Of a stretch of DNA of 64,000 nt, positions 22,001 to 35,118 are shown piece after piece; position 1 is the stretch's first letter, and each line of letters opens with the position of its first letter. The notes under the pieces were generated by a model. It was given only the letters and a program-made list of their open reading frames with translations, was not told where the DNA came from and searched no databases. Source of the stretch: Haliotis cracherodii (lineage: Eukaryota); NCBI RefSeq assembly GCF_022045235.1, contig NW_027266297.1:30752001-30816000 (forward strand), written 5' to 3'. The translations under genes and the position numbers were made by a program.

Positions 22001-24095
22001 CGATTATCAGATTCTTATAGCTCTTCTTGGAGAGGCATTTAGAAGTTGGAGTACAAAGTAAGGATAAGCTATATGGATGAACAACTTCAACAAAGTCTAC
22101 TCAAAGATGAAAGTAGCTGCATACAACATATTAATAACTGAAAATCAGTAATAATAATAGGGATATGGCAAATATTGTTTCACAGATTGATCCAACTTCT
22201 AACTTGAACGGGGGCACGGGTGGCACAGTCGTGAAAGGCGCTGCGATTCACTGTGCAGAGTTGCGTCCCTTAGGCACGCCAGAAACCTATGATTGTGGGT
22301 TAGAATCCCGGTTCACCCCTATTATTTTTCTAGATTTGTCAGCACTATACCTGTGCTCGTGGGTTTCACCGAAGTGGTAAACGTCTGAGACCTGCATCAC
22401 TTCGGGCTTTCCTCCAACATTAAGCTGACACGCCGTGATATGACTGGAATACTGTTAAAAGCGGCCTTAAACCAGACTCACTCACTCACTTACTCTAATT
22501 TGAGCACAACAAACCATTTATGAGGTCAAGCCAGGTAGCTTAAAGCCGTTTTATGCATAATAGACCAAAGGACATAACCATTTCGCAATAATTTGTTTTG
22601 ATGTATAATGTTTATAATCATTATTTATATGTAGTAGTTTAGTTTTAGTTACTTTTTATTACAATTGATATAATAAACAAGAACAGTTACGGCTTATTAA
22701 TTAATATCCAAGCGACTAGGGTAAATATTTCATTGCCAGTAAAAGTATTTGACAAAAGAGATTCTGATATTCCTGATCATGACTAGCTGATTAACAGGAT
22801 CAAAGGACGGATGTGTGAGCCTAAGAGAGTGAGTGAGTGTGGTTTTACGCCGCTTTTAGCAATATTCCAGCAATATCACGGCGGGGGACACCAGAAATGG
22901 GCTTCACACATTGTCCCATGTCGGGAATCGAACCCGGGTCTTTGGCGTGACGAGAGAACGCTTTACCCAGTAGGCTATTCGACCGCCCCTATTTGTGACT
23001 TAGTAACTTACTCCATAAGCAGGTAAACATAGAAACCTGGGATTCGCGGAGCCTGTCCAAGTACAATGGGAATGTGCTTCACGCCTAGGTGTCTACTTCC
23101 TGTAAGTATCATGCGTTGTGATAAGTATCTCATTTGAAACGGGGCGGAGGGGAAGCTTTGTGGTTAAAGCGGTCGTTGGACAAGCCGAAGAAACTGGTGC
23201 GAATCTTCAAATGGGTAAAATGTCTGAAGACCATTTCTTGTTTCCACCGCCGTGATATTGCTGAAATATTGCTAAAAGCAATAAAACTAAAACTGAAATT
23301 GAAACTGAGAAATTGGCCCAGTTTAATCACTAAATTTTCTTTTGATATACGTAACAGAACTTGTCAAGACAAACGAAATGATATTTGAAAGGCTTGAATT
23401 ATGCTCGGAATGTAAATTTGCAAGAGCCAAACCCCCTTTTGAGAGATTCAATTCTGAATCTGATTCATTATTTAATATAAAAAATAATTTTAGAAATATG
23501 TCATTATATTTATCTAACTCGACAAGAACAATACCAGGCACACACAGATACTGTCAATGTTATGTACCTTGTCCAGTCCGAGGAGGTTTTTGTGTATACA
23601 AAATATGTAATGAATATTAATACATTTGAGGAAACCCAGACAAATAAACATAAGCTCATATTCATATTCAAACATTAGTGTTTAGAAACTACCGATTAAA
23701 TATTCGTTTAGATTTTATTTTGTAAGACGCATTTGAATCATCCTTAAAGAAACTATATGAGATAATATGTCAAATAAGATTAGAGTTGGGTATTCTGGAC
23801 TTATACGAACATGGAGTATATAGCACAATGGCAATTCAATTCATTAGCCTGTCCACAACTACAGGAAAACTTTGTTGTCAACTGGCCTAGTTAATCAAGA
23901 GAAGACTGTTATTTAATATGAATTTCGTGCAAGTTTAAAATGATCGTTGCGACATGTTTATACCGACATACAACAAGAATTATGTGATAACCAAGACATG
24001 AAGACATGGTCACTTGACAACTTACATCATGCACATCATGTAGAAGGGTAATGTATTGCTGACAGGAGACCACGACCCACTGCCACACCAGGGAA

Positions 24096-24166
24096 TATAA
24101 AAGGCCCAGTGCTGGACATTCAACACATCATCCCTGGCTTCAGCTCTGGTTCAGAAGCAGCACAAG
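24096..24166 (+). promoter_or_regulatory. TATA box and exon 1 of A4
   Basis: TATAAAA 24096-24102; donor after 24166. Confidence 0.7.
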
Positions 24167-24668
24167 GTAAGGAAACGTCAACTATTTGTGTCATAGTGAG
24201 TGAGTGAGTGAGTGAGTGAGTGAGTTTGGTTTTACGCCAATATTCTAGCAATTTCACGGCGGGGGACACCAGAAATGGGCTTCACACATTGTACCCATGT
24301 CGGGATTCGAACCAGGGTCTTCGGCGTGACGAGCGAACGCTTTAACCAGTAGGCTACCCGACCGCCCCTTGTATCATATAAAGCTTCAGAATAAAGTAAT
24401 CCTAACCAAATATAATACGTCTTTAAATGTTTGAACTACTATCTCCAGAGGAAATAATAGTAAAAATTGTATATATAGTGAGTTAATTTGTTTTACGCCA
24501 ATGTGAACAGTATTTTAGTTATCGCGTCCACTTATTGTAGGAAAATAGCCCTTCACGGTTACCTGCCTTTGTAACGGTAATGGTAGTGAAGTACACATTT
24601 CAAGTCATTATTGTTATGTTTATAACTTTCTATGCATATCAATTTTTTTTCTCCAGGAAAGACGAATT

Positions 24669-24775
24669 ATGAAAGCAGTAGTTTGTGTCATTTTCACCTT
24701 TGTGGCAGTCACCATTCATGGTAAGTAGTTTAGTGAGTGAGTGAGTTAATATTTAACGTCACATCGGCAGTACTT

Positions 24776-24835
<60 letters not shown>

Positions 24836-25564
24836 CAGCAGTAGTAGTAGCATAATTATTATTTTTGTTGTTATTATGTAGAGATTAAAATAATAAAATG
24901 CAGAAAAGAGGGTTTGGGTGATTCTGGCACAGTCAGGCTGGTTAGGGTCATCATCAGCTCAGGGTCCTTGCCACCTCAGCGAATTATAATAAAATTATTA
25001 TTATAATTACTCTGTAGACGAAGATTTTATCAATTATATGCATGTCCAAGCATGTTTCAAACTTATTTTTACAGTATTCAATGTTTTCTTTTGAAGTATT
25101 CTAAATAAAATATGATGGAAATATGTTCTTTTTCAGCTCAGAACAGTGTCGCCCCCGGAATGACAGCATCTAGCGTTCCCCTCGGCAACAACGTCAACGG
25201 CATATCACTCGCACCTGCACAACATCCGAGCCCGATGCCAGGCGCTCTCTTGTCCCATGCCAGTAATGTCTTCAATAACAACCACCTGACGGCTGCCACC
25301 AACAATCAACACGCCAACAACGCTGCCCAGTCCCCCATGAACTATCTCCCTTTTATGATGGGGGGTGACAACGGGCGCAGGATGGCCATGTACAGCATGA
25401 TGATGAACCCAAGGCAGTCCAACAATATGATGCTCCCTTTCGCCATGATGAACGGCGCCGACAACATGTGGCCCATGATGGCTCTCATGAACAATCGCAA
25501 CCAGAGAGGTGGACGAGGCTTCGACCCTATGACCATGATGTTTCTTGGAAGCGAGATGATGTAA
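24669..25564 (+). CDS. Met-rich secreted protein, subfamily A copy A4 (159 aa)
   Basis: Exons 24669-24720 + 25137-25564, canonical phase-1 intron containing (GTA)n at ~24776-24850. Confidence 0.9.
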
Positions 25565-28500
25565 ACACGACTCTCTTATATTGATTTATCCATTTCATGT
25601 CACCTATTTATTGATATATGAACTAACTACCCAACTATGACCGACCATGAATTTAGCGTCACCTTTTTATTGATTTATGAACGACAACTGGCAATGTTTT
25701 CGTTCGATAAATGATGTGATAAACATGCTTTCGAATAATGGAAACCTTTTGTACCACTTTATTAATATAATGAAATATAAAATGTCAATGCAATAGAATA
25801 ACTAGTCTTGATTATTCGTCGAAACAGATTCTATTGGACGTAAAACACAAAATGGTGGTGAAAATTATATGAATGGATCACTGAAACTCACTGATGAGGT
25901 TTTGCGAAAAGGGTAAGCATGTCTTGTCCTACCGGTAGCAACCGTCACTCACACAATTTAAATAAATAATTGTTTATTTTCTGACACCGCACAACACCGC
26001 ACAACAGTTCCCCTGCCATGTGACGGCGGCCTGTAAACAAACCAGACAATCAAGTGATCGATGAACCAGAAGATCTAGCGACATGATAGTGCATTTACCG
26101 AACTCCGTTGAAACTAATAAACACGATATTTCGGCGTGACAAGCGAACGATTTAACCACTAGGCTACTCGACCTCCCCATTTTGAGGTATTAAATGTTCT
26201 GTTTAGTTTATGGATCCGCCGACTTTAAAAATCGAAAATTCTGAAACAAATATACATGTAATCAATATGATAAAGGTTTCTACGGCGACGGTTAAAATCG
26301 CTTTGCCATTAATGACATTTAAATGCGGCTGTCATATTTTAGATTTATACTGTCAGTAAGGTCCCAAACCTGGCCAAGATTTTGTTTTTGTACCTACCGA
26401 TCCAAATCAAACTTTAACATGAATTTTAAAAGAAAATCCAATACTATGCATTTTATTTGTTCATTTTTTTCCGACCTACCGACCAAGTATTTCACAATCA
26501 GCATCCGTAAAAAAGGAGTCTGACCTACCAATAAAGTAGTGTCGTTCTCGAGGTCAGTGCACCGAACATGTATTGTACCAAAGTTCAAAGATGCCTGGTA
26601 TATTATTGACTGACGTAGTGCTGTGGTCGCTTTGAGGAACTTGAACTTGCTTTTATTTTAGAACTAGTCCTGAGATTGTGATAGTGAGTATAACTTTCCA
26701 ACAGTCAACTTTCCCTTCATGTCGAGCAATGTTCCGGCAGCTCCAGCCTTTGGTGTTTACATTTCGCAATTTTTTAGATACAATCGAACATGCTATTTCT
26801 ACCAACATTTCGAAGAGCGTCCTACACCTCTTGCTCAGAAGTTGTCTGATCAAGGTTACAACATTCAAGGCCTCAGGAAAGCTTTCATAAAGTTTTATGG
26901 TAGACATGTGGAGGACATTTCCAAATTTGACGCATCAGTGACAGAAATGATGCCTGATGCAATTCCAAATTTTGACTTGTACGGTATGTTCCCATGTTTT
27001 GGGGTGAACAACATGCCTCTGCATGTGTTAGTGACAGGTGCTTCGGTGGGGCAGGGTACGCTCACCTTTTCGCGAACACCTGGAATCATCACTATTCACA
27101 TGCCCATGATATAGTCGGAATTGTACAATCGACTCCGCTTTAAGAAGAGATTTCTTTTCGACATGGAAAGGGTTTTGTCGCTTTATTTATATGTAATAAT
27201 GTCATTGGGACAAGGTCTGCGTCAAAAATATTTTTCTCTTTTACACCTAAGCCAATCTGCTTCTCATTCATGAAGTGACAGCCGCTGACATAACTTTTCT
27301 ACGCATATCGATCGTGAGAATAAGGTTTCGTGTTTTGCCTACGAAGATTCCATACAGCACATACAACTCTTGCTCGGAAGTTCTTTGATCAGGGTTACAA
27401 CCTTCAAGTCCTCAGTAAAGCCTTCAAAAGGTTTTATGGTAGACATGTGAAGGACATGTACCATATGTTCACGGTTGTTTTTTCAGGTGCACATTTGACT
27501 TGCCTTTGCATGTGTTTATGGGTGTTGTCACCGATGGGGCAGGACATGAAATGGCGAACACTTTACCACTAGGTTTCTTCAACCGTATTTTTTTGTAATA
27601 ATAGTTATTTTCCTAAAGATAAGAATGAATAAAAGACTCATGGGCTTGGTGCTATTGATATCCCCGTTTCTCTCATATTAAGGGTACACTGTCCATGGAT
27701 ACAATATGTAAGGGACACATTCATGAACCTTAAGACACGAATCACATTAGTGAGTGAGTGAGTGAGTGTGGTTTTATCGCCGCTTTTAGCAATATTCGAC
27801 CAATATCAAGGCGAGGGAAACCAGAAATGGGCTTCACGTATTGTACCCATGTCAGGAATCGAACCCGGGTCTTCGGCGTGACGAGCGTACGCTGTTACCT
27901 CTCGGCTACCCGACCGCACCACGAATCACTGTTAAGTCACACAACGTTTTATGGAAACGGGAATGTATTTCCTGACATGAGGAAATGTTTAAAGAAAAAA
28001 AGGGATACCAATTACTGCTAATGATAAATTGTCACAATAATTACAGAGGGTGTGGTACTTAGATATTAGATTATTTTGCCATTATTTTTTTTGAAATGCC
28101 CAGTTGTCAAATATATTATAAATATTGAAAAAGGGAAAGAAACTGCAATTTCAAAATATGTATTTCTGTTGCAACAAATATGCAGAGCAGCGGATACATT
28201 GAGAAGAGGTGTCTAGATCAAAACCTTATCTGAAGCTACAAACAAACCATTTATGAGGTCAAACCAGGTAGCTTAAAGCCGTTTAATGCATAATAGATCA
28301 AAGGACATAACCATTTCGCAATAATTTGTTTTGATGTATAATGTTTATAATCATTATTTATATGTAGTAGTTTAGTTTTAGTTACTTTTTATTACAATTG
28401 ATATAATAAACAAGAACAGTTACGGCTTATTAATTAATATCCAAGCGACTAGGGTAAATATTTCATTGCCAGTAAAAGTATTTAACAAAAGAGATTCTGA

Positions 28501-29991
28501 TATTCCTGATCATGACTAGCTAATTAACAGGATCAAAGGACCGAGGTGTGTGCCTCACATATGTGTGTGACTAAGAGAGTGAGTGAGTGAGTGTGGTTTT
28601 ACGCCGCTTTTAGCAATATTCCAGCAATATCACGGCGGGGGACACCAGAAATGGGCTTCACACATTGTCCCATGTCGGGAATCGAACCCGGGTCTTCGGC
28701 ATGACGAGAGAACGCTTTACCCAGTAGGCTATCCGACCGCCCCTATTTGTGACTTAGTAAGCTACTCCATAAGCGGGTAAACATAGAAACCTGGGATTCG
28801 CGGAGCCTGGCCAAGTACAATGGGAATGTGCTTCACGCCTAGGGGTCTACTTTCTGTAAGTGTCCTACGTTGTGATAAGTATCTCGTTTGAAACGGGGCG
28901 GAGGTAAAGCTTTGTGGTTAAAGCGGTCGTTGGTCAAGCCGAAGACACGGGTTCGAATCTCCAAATGGGTAAAATGTCTGAAGCCCATTTCTGGTGTCCC
29001 CCGCCTTGATATTGCTGGAATATTGCTAAAAGCAGCGTAAAACCAAACTCATTCACTCACTTTGGTGTATGAAACTGAGAAATTGGCCCTGTTTAATCAC
29101 TAAATTTTCTTTTGATATACGTAACAAAACTGAAAGGCTTGAATTACGCTAGGAATGACAATTTGCAAGAACCGAATCCCCTTTGAGAGATTCAATTCTG
29201 AATCATTATTAAATACAAAAACAATTTTAGAAATATATCATCATATTTATCTAACTTGACAAGAATAATACCAGGCACACACAGATACTGTCAATGTTAT
29301 GTACCTTGTTCAGTCCGAGGAGGTTTTTGTGTATACAAAATATGTAATGCATATTCATTAAATTCGAGGAAACCCAGACAAATAAACATAAGCTCATATT
29401 TATATTCAAACATTGGTGTTTACAAACTACCGATTAAAAATTCGTTTAGATTTTATGTTGTACGACGCATTTGAGTCATCCTTAAAGAAATAATAATAAA
29501 TGAGATGATATGTCAAATAAGATTAGAGTTGGGTATTCTGGACTTATACGAACATGGAGTACATGTAACTTCTTTGATAGGCATTTAGAAGTTGGAGTTC
29601 TAAGTAAGGATAAGAAATTTATGGATGAACAACTTCTTTATTACAGTCACAACCCTCGCCACCAACCTCAAAGACTTCAAGATCAGGAAACTACAAGAAG
29701 CCATCAACATCAAAAGACTTCAGCCCTCAATCAACCGTGGCCAAGGCTATTACATACCCCTGGCCTACCATCAACTCATAAAAGACCCAAAAGACCCCAA
29801 TCAGCCATAATCCCGTTGTTTACATTACTGGCTTCATCCTTTGTTCATGGCACTGACTTCACCCATGGTCATCATCACTGCCCTTGTGTGTACACAACAG
29901 GCTTCTCTACTCCAGCATAACAATATCTACTCTATTGTATAAACATTGCCTCCTACGTGTATATATACTTGCTTACCGCACTCTGTAAATC

Positions 29992-32238
29992 TAAAGCTTT
30001 CGACATGGTATGGCACGACGGGCTAATACAAAAACTTCAAAAAATAGGACTCAAAGGTCAGATAATAAACTACATCCAGGACTTCCTAAACAATCGTAAA
30101 ATAACCGTGGGTATAGACCAAACACTATCGGACCAATGTCCCCTAGAAAATGGCACTCCCCAGGGCAGTATCCTCAGCCCCTCCCTCTTCAATATAATGA
30201 TAAACGATCTATTCGAGGGCCTATCCCCTAAAGTAAACACATCGAAATTCGCGGATGACGGAGCCCTCTGAATCCGCACTAAAAGCATTAAAATGGCCCA
30301 AAATTTACTCCAAAAATCTCTTCATAAAATACAACAATGGGCTGACAAATGGGGCTTCTCCCTTAACTCAGAAAAAACAACAGGAATAGTATTAAAACAT
30401 AAAAACATGAAACCCGCCTCCCCAATCCTCCAGCTAAACAACCAAACAATCAAATTTCAAAAACAAACCAAATTCTTAGGACTTATTTTCGATGAACATC
30501 TCACCTGGGATGCTCACATCCAAAACCTAACAACTAAATGCAGTAAAGACCTAAACACCCAAAGATGCCTAACTGGCTCTAACTGGGGAGCCTCCAAAGA
30601 TACCCTCCTCTCTCTCTACATATCACTAATTAGATCAAAACTAGACTACGGCTGCGCCAAATACAACACCCTAAACAACTCTCTATCTAAAAAACTTGAC
30701 TCAATACAATATCAGGCCCTCAAACTCATTACACGCACCCAACATGGCACCTCCTACACTTCACTTCAGGCCTTAACAGGAGAAATGCCACTAAGTCTAC
30801 GCAGGGAACAGCTAAGCTTAAATTTCTGGGCCGCGTCCCAATCAAACCCTCTCATCCAAAACTTAATAAACCAAAATATCAGCCCCAAAAACCAAGCTCT
30901 AGCTCGTAAACACCCCTTACTTCCCAAAGAATAACAAACTACCTCAATGAACACCAAATTAAAAATCTTAAACAAAACTGCAAACAATCAAATATCTTCA
31001 CCCCTAAACTTAAAATACCCAAAATAGACACAACACTAGCTAGCCAAATAAATAAACAAACCGACCCAAACATAGCTAAAACCACCACACTAGCATACAT
31101 ACACGAAAATTGGCCAAATTGGTGTCACATTTACAAGGACGGATCCTCAGATCCGACCTCCAAATACACAGGTTTCGGAATCCATACCACACAACCAACT
31201 AAAAGCACACAATCCTTCCGACTCCCAAACAACCAATCAATATTCACGGCAGAACTAATGGGCATGGCCTCAGCCCTCCATAATCAAAAACCACAAAAAA
31301 ATCCTAATACTTACCGACTCCCTAAGTGGACTGCAAGCCCTCCAAAACAAAAATACCAAACACCGACCTAAATTAATAAATCAAATACTTAAAAGCTCCA
31401 ACGACCGAACTAAGGCAGGCAAACAAATAACCTTCTTGTGGATACCCGCCCACGTAGGAATATACGGTAATGAAAACGCCGATAAAGCAGCTAAACTATC
31501 CCTCAAAATCCCAGAAATAAGCTTAAACTTACCAATCTCAAAATCAGAAATTAAAAGCGTAAACAAGCAAAAAATCACCAAAAAATGGCATAACCTTTAT
31601 CTAAACTCAAATAGCCCAATAAAAAAAGTACTCAGCAAACCACTAACCAAACCAAAACTTCTCCATCCATCAAAAATAATCGACAGAGTAATCACTAAAC
31701 TCCAAACAGGACACACCAACCTAAATAACCATCTAAAAAAAATTAAAAAACATACTACAGGTAACTGCCCACACTGCAAACAACTAGAAACCCCAGAACA
31801 CGCACTCATCCACTGCACACACTACCTAACACATCGAACCGCATTACAAACCACCCTCAATCTAAACAAGGCTCCCACTCTAGAAGCAATACTAAACCCA
31901 CAAAATAAACTAGAAAAATTCAAGGCCTTAGGCGTATTCTTAATCAAAACGGAACTAATAAAACGCATTTAAAAACACTATAATCTACCAAATCAAAATT
32001 ACATAAACAAACACACATCCACCATACCCAGTTCTCCTCCCCAACCCCATCGGCATCTATTCCAAATCTCAAAATTCCAAAATTCTATATAAGCAACCCC
32101 TAAAGGCCCCTCTTGGATTGCACACACCACTTTCGCCCCTTTCGGAAACACATTAAATGGCCTGGCCGGGCCCGTGTGCGAAATACGCATCAGTCGGAAA
32201 GCGCACGTTAAATATCCAAAGTAAGTAAGTAAGTAAGT
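29992..32238 (+). mobile_element. 5'-truncated non-LTR retrotransposon (RT + RNase H + CCHC; I/Nimb-group-like), inactivated
   Basis: KAFDMVWH, GTPQGSILSPSLF, FADD, KFLGLIFD, WIPAHVGIYGNENAD, CPHC...H...C; premature stops and frameshifts; (TAAG)n tail; TSD actctgtaaatc at 29980-29991 and 32239-32250. Confidence 0.92.
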
Positions 32239-32254
32239 ACTCTGTAAATCACTT

Positions 32255-32295
32255 GCTTGATAACGGTGTTAGAACCTACACCGAAACGTCGCTCT
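32255..32295 (+). ncRNA. Minimal hammerhead-ribozyme-like motif in the Penelope pseudo-LTR
   Basis: UUGAUAA - stem ggtgt/acacc - GAAAC GUC; decayed second copy at 4073-4106. Confidence 0.4.
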
Positions 32296-32629
32296 TAATT
32301 GTAATAAAGAAGTTGTTCATCCATAAATTTCTTATCCTTACTATGGAGTACATGGCACAATGGCAATTCAATTCATTAGCCTGTCCACAACTACAGGAAA
32401 ACTTTGTTGTCAACTGGCCTAGTGTTAATCAAGAGAAGACTGTTATTCAATATGAACTTCGTGTAAGTTTAAGATGATCGTTGCGACATGTTTATACCGA
32501 CATACAACAAGAAATATGTGATAACCAAGACATGAAGACATGGTCACTTGACAACTTACGTCATGCACATCATGTAGAGGGGTAATGTATTGCTGACAGG
32601 AAACCACGACCCACTGCCACACCAAGGGA

Positions 32630-32695
32630 TATAAAAGGCCCAGTGCTGGACATTCAACACATCATCCCTGGCTTCAGGTTCAGAAGCAGCACAAG
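32630..32695 (+). promoter_or_regulatory. TATA box and exon 1 of A5
   Basis: TATAAAA 32630-32636; donor aag|gtaagg after 32695. Confidence 0.7.
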
Positions 32696-33150
32696 GTAAG
32701 GAAACGTCAACTATTTGTATCTTATATAGCTTCGGATATGTATAGGCTATGTATACGTTGGGAGTGTGTGATGTGTAGTGCTCCGTTAACAATGCGTTTA
32801 ATACCAGGAGGTCGTAAAAAGGTTAGCGTATCCTCTCCCACTCGTGGCACCCATCACAAACACATACAAAGGCAAGTGAATTGTTCATCTAAAGCAAACC
32901 GGGAACAAATAGTACAAATCCAAATGGGGATGTACATTGGGCATCATTTTAGTCTCTGATGCGTCAAATTTGGTAATGTGCTCAAATGTTTTGTGACTCT
33001 TTATGCATAGATCTACATATGAAATAGGTGAGGTTGATTCTTATATGTCAGGTTGGTAAATCGGTAGAAGGGAATTAGCTATTTGACGTTATTGAGAGAT
33101 ATCAAATTATTGATATAACTAAGGCTTAAGTTAAACGTCTTGACCAAACT

Positions 33151-33485
33151 CGGCCGCCTCCGTGACCTAGTGGTATAGCGTCCGCCCGGAGAGCGGAAGG
33201 TCCGGGGTTCGATCCCCGGCCGCGTCATACCAAAAGACGTTAAAAGATGGTATTTGTAGTTACCCTGTCTGGCGCTCGGCATTAAGGGGCTAAAACAAGG
33301 ACTGGTCGGCTCGGAGTCAGTATACTGTGTCTGAGTGGGGTATTCATGTTAAACTGCGGCATGGTATCTCAGTGGGCTAGCACTATTAATCGGCATCAGT
33401 CCGGACTAGTACAAGCAGCCACACCCACATCCAGGTGCATAAGTGCAATGATCCTGGACGCGACGTTAAACCCCAGTTCACCCCC
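33151..33485 (+). mobile_element. SINE family S4 (MESC/Meta-core-like) within a Penelope RT remnant in intron 1 of A5
   Basis: tRNA-like head, conserved core, cgacgttaaacccc tail. Confidence 0.75.
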
Positions 33486-33689
33486 AACTCACCTTGACCA
33501 AATTCCCTTGTTTTAATTCTGTCAAACCGCGTATACACAAAGAAACAGATCAGCAAGGAGAGGATCACAGTTGGTACCCATGGCGATGCCTGCGATGTTA
33601 TCTATGAGGAAGTCCAGCATTCCACGTGTTGTTTTCTCCATAAAAAGTTATAGATAATGGTTTTCATGTCTTCATGTTCTTCAAATTTC

Positions 33690-33970
33690 AGGGGGTAACG
33701 GGTGGCCTAGTCGTCCAAGGCACCACGATTCGCTATACACAGTTGCGTCCCTTGGGCACGCCAGAAACCTATGATTGTGGGTTCGAATCCCGGTACGCCC
33801 CGATTATGTTTCTAGGTTTGTCAGCACAATACCTGTGCTCGTGGGTTTCACCCCCGAAGTGGTAAACGTCTGAGACCTGCATCAGTTCGGAGTTTCCACG
33901 AACATTTAGCTGACACGCCGTATTATATGACTGGAATACTGTTAAAAGTTAAACCCAACTCACGCACTCA
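33690..33970 (+). mobile_element. SINE family S3 in intron 1 of A5
   Basis: Flanked by cttcaaatttcag duplication. Confidence 0.8.
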
Positions 33971-34249
33971 CTTCAAATTTCAGAATTCCTATTGATTTGT
34001 CTTATGCTCGTATGGCAAAAAGCCCAATTATTAACGTTCATGAAAAAGAAAATGGAATGGAGCTGAAGTAAATATTGTATCCGCGGATACTGACGAAGTA
34101 AACATGTTTGAGTGCATGAGTGAGTATGGTTTTACGCCGCTTTTAGAAATATTCCAGCAATAACACGACTGGGGACATCAGAAATGGTCTTCATTCGTGT
34201 ATTTTCTTTCATTAATGTTGTTGTTTATCTCTTGCAGGAAAGACGAATC

Positions 34250-35118
34250 ATGAAGACAGCAATTTGTGTTCTTTTCGCCTTCGTGGCAGTCACTATTCAT
34301 GGTAGGTGATGACAGCTTCAAAAATATATTTTCGTAATGCTTTGGTGTCCCCTGAAAACAAACGACTACACATTGCATAAAATGTGGCCGAGTTAGTACG
34401 ACGAATTCCTGTATTTCCTAATGCTGTTTTCAGGCCATATTTCCGCAATATTTCCCTTGATTATGTTCTATTTAGATATAAGAATAACAGTTCTTTTTTT
34501 AAAAACAACTGCTTCAGCTCAGAATAGTGTCGTCCCCGGCAACACAGCGTCCAACGTCCCCCTCGGCAACGGTGTTCCTTTCTCACCTGTACAGCATCCG
34601 AGCCCGATGCATGTCTAAAGATATTCCAAACATATTTCATAGATTCAATGTTTTCCTTTGAAGAATGACTGGAAATATGTTCTTTTTCAGCTCAGAACAG
34701 TGTCGCCCCCGGAATGACGGCATCTAGCGTTCCCCTCGGCAACAACGTCAACGGCATACCACTCGCACCTGCACAACATCCGAGCCCGATGCCAGGCGCT
34801 CTCTTGTCCCATGCCAGTAATGTCTTCAATAACAACCACCTGACGGCTGCCACCAACAATCAACACGCCAACAACGCTGCCCAGTCCCCCATGAACTATC
34901 TCCCTTTTATGATGGGGGGTGACAACGGGCGCAGGATGGCCATGTACAGCATGATGATGAACCCAAGGCAGTCCAACAATATGATGCTCCCTTTCGCCAT
35001 GATGAACGGCGTCGACAACATGTGGCCCATGATGGCTCTCATGAACAATCGCAACCAGAGAGGTGGACGAGGCTTCGACCCAATGACGATGATGTTTCTT
35101 GGAAGCGAGATGATGTAA
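34250..35118 (+). CDS. Met-rich secreted protein, subfamily A copy A5 (159 aa)
   Basis: Exons 34250-34301 (MKTAICVLFAFVAVTIH, donor gtaggt) + 34691-35118; AATAAA at 35236-35241. Confidence 0.88.
34518..34618 (+). other. Duplicated 5' part of the last exon (alternative or pseudo-exon) in A5
   Basis: gcttcag|ctcag... gives QNSVVPGNTASNVPLGNGVPFSPVQHPSPMHV*. Confidence 0.7.

Larger units (their letters stand above)
29566..32342 (+). mobile_element. Penelope-like insertion (GIY-YIG C-terminal remnant, inverted pseudo-LTR) carrying a nested LINE
   Basis: 12-bp duplication atggagtacatg (29554-29565, 32343-32354) against the empty site upstream of A3 and A4; perfect 43-bp inverted repeat 29603-29645 / 32300-32342; RKLQEAINIKRLQPSINRGQG motif at ~29680-29750. 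Confidence 0.75.

Noticed and set aside
26719-27114. Repeated 95-131 aa MSSNVPAAPAFG ORFs as host genes
   Set aside because: C-terminal remnants of Penelope-like RT copied with the segmental duplications; variable frameshifts between copies.
29957-31972. Active LINE ORF2
   Set aside because: 5'-truncated within RT and broken by stops and frameshifts.
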